Virus record (IMG/VR): IMGVR_UViG_3300002054_000060
Reading direction: 5' to 3' (one strand)
Source: a virus
Length of the DNA stretch: 64,000 nucleotides
Within the stretch, counting starts at the first letter, position 1. Each line of letters opens with the position of its first letter. The position numbers were made by a program, and so were the translations under genes. This document shows, in pieces, positions 31,947-39,846 of the stretch. The notes under the pieces were generated by a model, which was given only the letters and a program-made list of their open reading frames with translations, did no database searches and was not told the origin of the DNA.

Positions 31947-34621
31947 TCATTGCCAAAAACAGCGTAGTCAAAATCACCAGCGAGAATCCCCTCACGGAAC
32001 CCAGGGGTTTGCTCCACAATGGCCCGGCGCAGCTTGGCGTGCTTTTTCAGGTGCTGGTGGAAGGGGTCTGAGAAGTCGATGATGTAGCAGATGTTCGGGC
32101 CGCTTTTCTTGGCTCGCAAAGCTCGTCCGATACGCTGGCGCAGGCCCGTCTCAGCTTTGCCCCCGCCACCGATTGCGAGAAATCCCACGCTGGGCACATC
32201 GACGCCGACATCCAGAATGGTGGTGCCGATGAGGATACCACCGCGCTTGATGACCTCAATGCCGGCCTTGCGCTGCGCCTTGGAGCTCGACCCCTGGATG
32301 TAGTCCACATCGATGTCAGGGGCTGCCGCCTGCATCATGCGCTTGAGAATCTCCCCGTGTGCTCGCTGCTGCACCAATATGAGCCCCGAGAGGCCATGCC
32401 GGTTGGCACGAATCGTCTCGGTGACAATCTGCCGGTTGCGATCCTCGTTCTCCGTGATGCCCATCTTGACCGCCTTCTGGTACGTCGCTGTGCGCGATAG
32501 CAACAAAGGGGCGCGTGCTGTCAGGTAGCGAAAGTAGGGGCGAGCCAGAATGCCGTTCTCAATAAGCTCTTGCTCACTGACCTGAATGGCGATCTCACCG
32601 GCAGTTGCCATCAGTCGCATGTTCGCCTCCATGTCATCGTTCATGAAGGGTGTTGCTGTCAGTGCCAGCCGGTAGTGCGCGTTCCTGCAGCCGTTCATCA
32701 CGCGAAAATAGGAATCAGAGGACGCTTCGTGTGCCTCCTCCATGATCACGCACTCAAACTTCAACAGCATTTCACGCACGTACACCGCACGCTGGTTGTG
32801 TGCTGCGACCTTGGCCTTGACGCGCTCCTCCACTTCGCGCTCAGGCTCGCGCTTGGCAACCAGTGCTGCTTTGAAGCTCTTGAGCCTCTCGAGCCGCTGG
32901 TGAGCGGATAGCCCGCCCAGGTGATCCCTTGTGAACGCCTTGATTTCCTTCTGCTCCTTGGCGTACTGCGCATCAAGCGTTGACATCAGCTCATCACTCA
33001 CCGATTTCTCCACCATTTGCTGCGCGATGGTCTGCACCATGCCGACGTTGAAGCCCTCGATCACGTTGATGTCGCCTTCGCCGACCATGCCGACCGGGAT
33101 GTTCATCGTCTCCATGATCGAGTCGCGCATCTGGTGCATCAGCACCTTGCGTGTCGTGAGAAATAGGGTGGTGCGACCCAAGTGTTTGAAGGCGATTTTA
33201 CAAACTCGGCTGTTATGCACCACGGTGAAATCAGCCAGCAGGAAGCGATGGTTGCCATCGACCTCAATACCAACGTATTCGCCGTCCTCCGAATCCACAC
33301 TGACCTCAAAACTGGTGTGCGTTGCCACCTTGTTTCTGCTTTGCGAAGTGACCCGCTTGCGTGGCACGCGAGTCGGAATCTCACTCAGCTCGCCCGAAAT
33401 GTGCATACGCTGATAGGGTGCGCCCATTGCCCACTTTTCACTGCGCGAGACGCGATAGCCTAAGCTGCGCCCTAGAAACTGAATAGCGTCAGCGAGCCGC
33501 TTAGACTTCTGGATGATCTCCAAGCTGTTTTTGTGCAGGTAGCCATCGGTGTCAATCAATCCCGCTAGCAGTTGCAGGCGCTGCTGACGACTGCTGGTGA
33601 GGTACTTCATAGGAATGGTCTTGAGCCACTTGCCATCTGGCGTTTCGTAGCGAAAACCGTGCAGCGCTCGACGCAGATGATTGAGCTTGCCGCGTTGTGT
33701 TGAAAGTGCAAGCGTCGGGCACACCCCCTCTTTTTTTCTGGCGTAGTCATTCAGCGACATGCCGTGCCTTATCGACATTCGCTCCAGATACTCTCGAATC
33801 TCAGGCTCTGGGTTGGTAATCTCAACCCCATGAACGGAGCCGTCGCCAAGCCACAGTCCAATCAAATAGGGATCGTGCGGAAAATCCACGGCATCCCATC
33901 CGTCATAACCGACTGAGAATTGCTTGGCGCAGTGCTTGAAGGTCTTGTTTTCTGCCAGGTAGTCCTCGATGTCGATGTCTACCACATCCTTGTCACGATA
34001 CGCCTTGGCTCTGCCGCAGTATTTGAGCGAGAGCGTGTGTCGGTCGTTACAGACCCACTCATCGTAGGAGGTGGCTGCTGTGGGCTTGATCCGGTACATT
34101 TTGGAGCGTCCAGAGTGAGTGCCCGTCACCGTCCTGAGCGTGTTGTCATCGCCAAGTAACTGGTCGCCCACGCGCACATCCTCGATCTTGCGGCGAGTGC
34201 CATCTGACATCAGCACTTCTGTGCCGGGCCGAAAACACTTACCTCCGCCCGTGGCGACCTGCGCAATGATCTGTCGGTGACGCGCCAGCAGCTCCCCTGT
34301 GCGAAACTGATAGTCGTACCGCGGATCATTGCCAAAGGAGTCCACCACGCACTCACGCACGGGCGGTCCCAGTGGGGGTGGCGCCTCGTGGCGTATCACT
34401 GTGACGTGATACTTCGCCGCAGTTAGCGCTTTGTACACCGTGGTGAGAAAGCCTGTGGGGAACTGCCCCTCGCCCCACTTAAAGAACGTCGATTGGCGGA
34501 TCGTGCCGTTGTATTCGGAGGTGTAGCCCAACCGCCCGGAAATCAGTTTCTTCACCTCTCCGTCCACATCCCCGTCAAGTTGTGTGGTGACAGGATTCGA
34601 GAGTAGGCGTATCGACTTCAT
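31943..34621 (-). CDS. SF2 (DEAD/DEAH-like) helicase containing an intein
   Basis: ATGGGK|S Walker A; EEAH; LTATP; TTILDVGVDVP; QRIGRALR. Confidence 0.92.
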   Translation of the reverse strand: MKSIRLLSNPVTTQLDGDVDGEVKKLISGRLGYTSEYNGTIRQSTFFKWGEGQFPTGFLTTVYKALTAAKYHVTVIRHEAPPPLGPPVRECVVDSFGNDPRYDYQFRTGELLARHRQIIAQVATGGGKCFRPGTEVLMSDGTRRKIEDVRVGDQLLGDDNTLRTVTGTHSGRSKMYRIKPTAATSYDEWVCNDRHTLSLKYCGRAKAYRDKDVVDIDIEDYLAENKTFKHCAKQFSVGYDGWDAVDFPHDPYLIGLWLGDGSVHGVEITNPEPEIREYLERMSIRHGMSLNDYARKKEGVCPTLALSTQRGKLNHLRRALHGFRYETPDGKWLKTIPMKYLTSSRQQRLQLLAGLIDTDGYLHKNSLEIIQKSKRLADAIQFLGRSLGYRVSRSEKWAMGAPYQRMHISGELSEIPTRVPRKRVTSQSRNKVATHTSFEVSVDSEDGEYVGIEVDGNHRFLLADFTVVHNSRVCKIAFKHLGRTTLFLTTRKVLMHQMRDSIMETMNIPVGMVGEGDINVIEGFNVGMVQTIAQQMVEKSVSDELMSTLDAQYAKEQKEIKAFTRDHLGGLSAHQRLERLKSFKAALVAKREPEREVEERVKAKVAAHNQRAVYVREMLLKFECVIMEEAHEASSDSYFRVMNGCRNAHYRLALTATPFMNDDMEANMRLMATAGEIAIQVSEQELIENGILARPYFRYLTARAPLLLSRTATYQKAVKMGITENEDRNRQIVTETIRANRHGLSGLILVQQRAHGEILKRMMQAAAPDIDVDYIQGSSSKAQRKAGIEVIKRGGILIGTTILDVGVDVPSVGFLAIGGGGKAETGLRQRIGRALRAKKSGPNICYIIDFSDPFHQHLKKHAKLRRAIVEQTPGFREGILAGDFDYAVFGNE
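33212..34237 (-). mobile_element. intein 1 with LAGLIDADG homing endonuclease (342 aa)
   Basis: CFRPGTEVLMSDG...VVHN|S; LIGLWLGDG and LLAGLIDTDG. Confidence 0.95.
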
Positions 34622-34658
34622 GCAGTTTCTAGTGAATGGGGTCAGGGTTGGTAACTAA

Positions 34659-34670
34659 GTAAGTGCTTAT
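34659..34670. promoter_or_regulatory. 12-bp box (GTAAGTGCTTAT) in the divergent helicase/ParB promoter
   Basis: 11/12 match; TATACT 4 bp downstream. Confidence 0.75.
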
Positions 34671-34726
34671 ACAGTATACTCGCACTGTAAGGCTTATATA
34701 TAAGTTTCACCCAACGACAAAGGCAC

Positions 34727-35428
34727 ATGGGCAAACCTGATCGATCAACGCTCCAAATAGAGCATCTGGATCCCCGCACGCTCAAAGCGAACGGGTGGAA
34801 CACCAATGTGCTCGGTCCCGATGAAGAGGAGAAGCTGGAGGCCTCGCTACGCCGATTCGATTTGTTCGATGCGATCAAGGTGCGCACGCTACCCAACGGT
34901 GACCTGGAGGTGATCGGAGGCAAGCACCGCGCAGAGGCGGCGATCCGTATTGGTTACGAAACCGTGCCGGTGCTGAACCTGGGGCCGCTCGATGACATCA
35001 CCGCACGCGAGATTTCCGCGGTAGATAACGGACGCTATGGCAAGGACGACCCGGTGAAGTTGCTTGCACTCATCGAGGAGCTCGGTGAGGCAGACGTTGA
35101 CCTCTCTGACTACATGATCTACGACCAGGTAGCGATCGACGCAGCACTGGCTTACAAGGGCGTAGACCTATCAGCGCTCGGAGCGGAAGAAGATTCAAAC
35201 CCTGAGCTGTCCGGTGACGACGCCAGAGGGGATGCCAGTGACGATGAGCCGGCACGCACGCGCACCACTCAGCAGACCCTGAAGTTTCAGATGGAGCCGA
35301 CTGAGGCGGAAGCAGTCATGCGCCGCATCAACGACACCATCACCGAACAGGGCATTGCAGAGGGTTCACAGCGAGCCAACGCCGGCGCGGCGCTGCTGTT
35401 TCTGGTACTGGGGGAGGACGCCCTGTGA
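34727..35428 (+). CDS. ParB/Srx-domain protein 1
   Basis: L.ANGWNTN...L..SL.RF...I.VR...VIGGKHR. Confidence 0.85.
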   Translation: MGKPDRSTLQIEHLDPRTLKANGWNTNVLGPDEEEKLEASLRRFDLFDAIKVRTLPNGDLEVIGGKHRAEAAIRIGYETVPVLNLGPLDDITAREISAVDNGRYGKDDPVKLLALIEELGEADVDLSDYMIYDQVAIDAALAYKGVDLSALGAEEDSNPELSGDDARGDASDDEPARTRTTQQTLKFQMEPTEAEAVMRRINDTITEQGIAEGSQRANAGAALLFLVLGEDAL

Positions 35429-36051
35429 ACGACTCAAAGCAGACACTCAAGGTTGAGCAATTTCCCGTTGCAGACCTTGTGCCTTATGAAAAGAACGCCA
35501 AGCATCACCCGCAGCAGCAGGTCGAAGAGCTGGCCGAACGCATAGCCGCTTTCGGATTCGATCAACCCATCGTTATTCGCGGTGATGGCGAGATCATCAA
35601 GGGGCATGGCAGGCGCTTGGCCGTCATGCACTTGGGTTGGGAGAACGTGCCTGTCGTCATCCGCGATGACTTGACAGAGGAGGAGGTACGCCTTGCCAGA
35701 CTCTCAGATAACGCAATGGCGGGCTTAGGCGAATACGACGCCGAGCTGATGGCAGCCGAGATGGCAGAGCTTGCTGATTTGAACCCAGAGATCGATCTAG
35801 CACTCGCCGGCACGCAGTTCTTCGATATCGATTCGGGCAACTTCTCGCTGATGCTTTCGGGCGATCAAGACGACGCGCCTACACCGGAGAAGGATGGCAA
35901 GCCCAATATGGACACGGGCACCGATGTCGAGGACAAGGATTACGTGGCGCAATACCTGATAACGCTGGAGTGCTCTGGCGAAGCCGAACAGGAGGCTGTC
36001 TACGAGCTGCTTACCGGTAAGGGTTACCGACCAAAGGTACAGACGCTATGA
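35425..36051 (+). CDS. ParB/Srx-domain protein 2
   Basis: LVPYEKNAKHH...I..FGFDQPIVI...IIKGHGRRLA...RLSDN. Confidence 0.9.
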   Translation: MNDSKQTLKVEQFPVADLVPYEKNAKHHPQQQVEELAERIAAFGFDQPIVIRGDGEIIKGHGRRLAVMHLGWENVPVVIRDDLTEEEVRLARLSDNAMAGLGEYDAELMAAEMAELADLNPEIDLALAGTQFFDIDSGNFSLMLSGDQDDAPTPEKDGKPNMDTGTDVEDKDYVAQYLITLECSGEAEQEAVYELLTGKGYRPKVQTL

Positions 36052-36659
36052 ACGCCGTGGTGGGTAGAAAATCAATTTCGGCCAAGCGGCGCGAGTTGAT
36101 TCTTGAGCAGGGGTCAACGGGCATTGTTCAGATAGACACCGGCATCGCGTTTGGCTACACCGGTGAAATCATCACCAGTGTCTACGGCCCAAATCACTGG
36201 CTTGTGCCGGACGCTCTGGTATCAGGCCAGCCATCCCCTGAGCGCATTTTTGCGCACACCGCGGTGACTTACTTAGGGGTTGGCGAAATGACTTCTTTCC
36301 GCAAGGAGCGCATTGCGTTGCAAGCCTGTATGAGATCCCTCACAGCTAGACAAACCTTTGTGGCAACCAACACACTCGATTTGAAGGGTCAGTTGAGTTA
36401 CCTGTTGCGCTCACTGGCTCTTGGACCTATGGGCATCACCAATCGAGAGGGGTTGGTCCTGGAGGTATCGAGAACGAACCTGGCGGCAATGCTCGGTTGC
36501 AGTCGAGAAATGGTGGGACGCATCATTAGGGAGCTAACCGTCTCCGGCGTTATTCATTGCCTTGGCGGCTGCAAAAGTATCACCGTGCTTGGGGTTTATC
36601 GAGACCCTCCAGAGCCACTAATGCCATTGCCCCTTTCTTCAATGGGGCACGCATCATGA
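36048..36659 (+). CDS. Crp/Fnr-family transcriptional regulator
   Basis: SRTNLAAMLGCSREMVGRIIREL...G.I is the Crp HTH signature. Confidence 0.85.
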   Translation: MNAVVGRKSISAKRRELILEQGSTGIVQIDTGIAFGYTGEIITSVYGPNHWLVPDALVSGQPSPERIFAHTAVTYLGVGEMTSFRKERIALQACMRSLTARQTFVATNTLDLKGQLSYLLRSLALGPMGITNREGLVLEVSRTNLAAMLGCSREMVGRIIRELTVSGVIHCLGGCKSITVLGVYRDPPEPLMPLPLSSMGHAS

Positions 36660-38803
36660 AGTTTGAACACAGTGTTCGGGTTGACTACCAACACTCGTTT
36701 CGCGCCGACCGCGTGGCGGGCATGTTCGACATCGACCCGGCTGAGTACGAGCTTGAGAAAACCTGGTCAGTGGACATGCCTTTTGAGGACATTCCTGACT
36801 GGCGCGTGGGCCTGATCGTTGGTCCAAGCGGATCCGGTAAGTGCCTTGGCCCCGAGACAGAGATCATCATGTATGACGGCAGCTTCAAGCGCGTTGACCA
36901 GATCAAAGTGGGCGACAAGCTGCTCGGCGATGACAACAAGCCTCGCAGGGTCACCGCGATAACTCGAGGTAGATCCAAGATGTACAAGATTGAGCCTGGT
37001 CGCGGTTACGATACATGGCGCTGCAATGACAAGCACATCATGACCTTGGTAAGTGGCTCCAAGACCGCTCTTGCCGAACGCGACGAGGTGGTGGACATTG
37101 GCATCGACGAATATCTGAAGCTGAACAAGGGTCAAAAACCACCTCTCAAGCAATTTTCAGTTGGATTTGACGGGTGGACTCGCACAGACTTTCCGTTTGA
37201 CCCTTACTTGATGGGGCTGTGGCTGGGTGACGGAAGCCGAGGTGATGTGAGAATACACAACCCGGATCAGGAGATTATTGATTACCTGCACGAGTTTGTT
37301 GACGAGAATCCTGAGTACAGGCTGGTCAGCAGAGAGGATGAGGAACAGTGCCCATGTCACTCGTTGAGAACAAAGGGCAAGGGAATGTATGCCAAGAACC
37401 CCTTTCTTGATTTTGTTAGGACTTTGATTGATGTCGATGGCAATAAGTATGTACCTACTGAGTATCTGACATCAGCCATTGATCAGCGAGCCCGCTTGCT
37501 GGCCGGCTTGATTGACACAGATGGCTATAACGGCAATGGCTCTATTGAGATCATTCAGCGATCCAAGCCGCTGGCTGATGCGGTTCAGTTTTTGGCTCGA
37601 TCTCTCGGGCTGCGAGTGAAGCGCTGTGTAAAGCGCGTCGAGGGTTACGACCATGATTACCACCGCATGTCGATCTCGGGCGATTTTTCACACATACCCA
37701 TTCGCATCGAGCGCAAAAAGCCGGGCGAGTTCAAGGGAAACAGAAATCCGCTGCGCGCTGGTTTTGAGGTTATTGAGGAGGAAAGCGAGGGCGATTACGT
37801 CGGCATCATGGTTGACGGCAACCAGCGCTTCCTGAAGTCTGATTTTGTCGTGGTGCATAACACCACCGTGGCACGCAGAGCCTTTGGTGACGCCTACCAC
37901 GAGGGGTTTGAATGGGACGGTCGCTCGCTTATCGACAACTTCCCCAAAGAGATGAGTTCTGACGAGGTGGTGGCGTGTCTCTCCAGTGTCGGGCTGTCGT
38001 CACCCCCTTCGTGGTTGAAGCCGCATCACGTCCTATCCAACGGAGAGAAGTTCCGTGCTGACATGGCAAGGCTCATCGCAGAGGCGCCGGATGACAAGCC
38101 GATCGTGGTGGATGAGTTCACCTCTGTGGTGGATCGACAGGTGGCAAAGATCGCCTCGCATTGTGTGGCGAAGAACGTCAGAAAGAAGAACAAGCGTTTT
38201 GTGGCTGTTTCCTGCCATGACGACATCGCGGAGTGGCTCGAGCCGGACTGGATATACCAGGTCGATTCGGGCGAGTTCCGCAGGGGGTCTCTTCGGCGGC
38301 CTCAACTTGTACTCCAGGTCGAAAGAAGAGACAACAAAGTATGGCGACTCTTCGCTGGTCATCACTATTTAGACGCCTCAAACCACAAGTCGAGTCACTG
38401 CTACGTCGCCTCGCTAGAGGGCAAACCGGTTGGCTTTTGCAGCGTACTGAAATTCCCCCACGCGCACCCGAACATGGCGAATATGTGGCGTGCGAGTCGT
38501 TCTGTTTGCCTGCCTGACTATCAAGGGCTCGGCATTGGGGTAAAGCTGATCGATGCGGTCGGAGGTATATACGTAGCTGACGGTAAGCGCTTTAGAGCCA
38601 CAGCCAGCCACCCGGCAATGATTCATCACTTCAATAACACTCCGAACTGGTTGATGGTGCGAGCCCCGGGTCGCGCACCGCGCCCAGGCAAGAACTCCAA
38701 GATAACGAGTCAGTCGCACGCACGCCTGACGGCAAGCTACGAATACGTCAGCGACGAGCATCTCGCCGAACGACAACAAAAAGAGGTCATAGACCCAAAA
38801 TGA
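36656..38803 (+). CDS. ABC-ATPase / GNAT acyltransferase fusion containing an intein
   Basis: GPSGSGK|T; LSNGE; VVDEFTS; SCH; C-terminal VCLPDYQGLGIG acetyl-CoA motif; start reset to ATG 36656. Confidence 0.9.
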   Translation: MKFEHSVRVDYQHSFRADRVAGMFDIDPAEYELEKTWSVDMPFEDIPDWRVGLIVGPSGSGKCLGPETEIIMYDGSFKRVDQIKVGDKLLGDDNKPRRVTAITRGRSKMYKIEPGRGYDTWRCNDKHIMTLVSGSKTALAERDEVVDIGIDEYLKLNKGQKPPLKQFSVGFDGWTRTDFPFDPYLMGLWLGDGSRGDVRIHNPDQEIIDYLHEFVDENPEYRLVSREDEEQCPCHSLRTKGKGMYAKNPFLDFVRTLIDVDGNKYVPTEYLTSAIDQRARLLAGLIDTDGYNGNGSIEIIQRSKPLADAVQFLARSLGLRVKRCVKRVEGYDHDYHRMSISGDFSHIPIRIERKKPGEFKGNRNPLRAGFEVIEEESEGDYVGIMVDGNQRFLKSDFVVVHNTTVARRAFGDAYHEGFEWDGRSLIDNFPKEMSSDEVVACLSSVGLSSPPSWLKPHHVLSNGEKFRADMARLIAEAPDDKPIVVDEFTSVVDRQVAKIASHCVAKNVRKKNKRFVAVSCHDDIAEWLEPDWIYQVDSGEFRRGSLRRPQLVLQVERRDNKVWRLFAGHHYLDASNHKSSHCYVASLEGKPVGFCSVLKFPHAHPNMANMWRASRSVCLPDYQGLGIGVKLIDAVGGIYVADGKRFRATASHPAMIHHFNNTPNWLMVRAPGRAPRPGKNSKITSQSHARLTASYEYVSDEHLAERQQKEVIDPK
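36842..37861 (+). mobile_element. intein 2 with LAGLIDADG homing endonuclease (340 aa)
   Basis: CLGPETEIIMYDG...VVHN|T; LMGLWLGDG and LLAGLIDTDG. Confidence 0.95.
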
Positions 38804-39090
38804 GCCGCGGATTTTCCGAAAAACAGAAGTCCATTCTCAAGGTCATCATGGTGGGCAATGAGGACGGCACCGACGTTGACATGGATCAGTTGATCAACAG
38901 GGTCAACTACAAGACCACTAAGGAGTCAATGCAGTTTAGCCTGCGTGCGCTCATCAAGCGCGGGTACGTTGAGAAGCTCGGCTGCGAGAAGCGCCGCGGC
39001 CACTCACGTCGTTTGATCAGGTGCACAGAAGAGGCGCGCTTGGCGTTTGAAAACTACTTGCCCTTCGTGCCGGACAAAGAGCCTTCGTGA
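38800..39090 (+). CDS. winged-helix DNA-binding protein
   Basis: SEKQKSILKVI...SMQFSLRALIKRGYVEK pattern. Confidence 0.7.
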   Translation: MSRGFSEKQKSILKVIMVGNEDGTDVDMDQLINRVNYKTTKESMQFSLRALIKRGYVEKLGCEKRRGHSRRLIRCTEEARLAFENYLPFVPDKEPS

Positions 39091-39842
39091 GCGACATGGG
39101 TGCTTCCGCTGCTGACATCAGGGCGGAAGAAAAAACGAAGCGAGGCCCACGTCGAAACTGGACTCCGAGTGAGTGGCTCAAGGCTCGCACCATGTACGAG
39201 ACTGGCGACTACACCGTTAAGGAAATTGCCGATAAATTTGGTCGCAACAAGACCTCACTCTCCCAAAGGTTCAAGCGCTTTGGTGTCAAGAAAGGCACCA
39301 ACTTCACTGAGGCATCCACCAAGGTCGAGCGAGATCTGCGGCGCGAGCAGCGTGAGAAGGCTGACGAGACCGTAAAGCGAGCCAAGGAAACCAAGGAGGA
39401 ACACTACAAGTGGGCCCGCTCTCTGTCGCAAATGGCCGTATCGATACTCGCCAAGGCTCAGAGCGAGAGCCGACCGATCGGTATGGTCAAGCCGGACATT
39501 CTGGCCGTCAAGGCGGCAATGGAGGCGCTACAAAAGGGGCAGGACATGCGCAACATCGCGCTGGGGTTAGATAAAGGCGACATCCTCGACACCGATGAGA
39601 TCCCCGAATTTGGCATCGTCGAGATGACCGAGGACGAGCGACTGGAGGTAATACGCAAAGCGGATTCTCTGCTTGAACTCTCCGAGGACATGGACATCAC
39701 TACAACAGGTGAAGGGGAGCGAGAAGAAGCCGTCGCGCAGCAAGAGTCCGAGGTGCGCTCAAATATGGAGCGCCTGAAGTCAGAGTATGTCGATGATGGC
39801 GGTGTCGATGGCGCTGCTCGCATACCGGGTCACGACGCCTGA
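39087..39842 (+). CDS. terS: terminase small subunit (putative)
   Basis: N-terminal HTH (YETGDYTVKEIADKFG); directly upstream of TerL. Confidence 0.7.
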   Translation: MSDMGASAADIRAEEKTKRGPRRNWTPSEWLKARTMYETGDYTVKEIADKFGRNKTSLSQRFKRFGVKKGTNFTEASTKVERDLRREQREKADETVKRAKETKEEHYKWARSLSQMAVSILAKAQSESRPIGMVKPDILAVKAAMEALQKGQDMRNIALGLDKGDILDTDEIPEFGIVEMTEDERLEVIRKADSLLELSEDMDITTTGEGEREEAVAQQESEVRSNMERLKSEYVDDGGVDGAARIPGHDA

Positions 39843-39846
39843 GCTC

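Noticed and set aside
34727-36051. parABS plasmid-prophage partition system
   Set aside because: No ParA ATPase adjacent and no ParB HTH/dimerisation domains evident; context fits the ParB/Srx class found beside terminases and modification enzymes.
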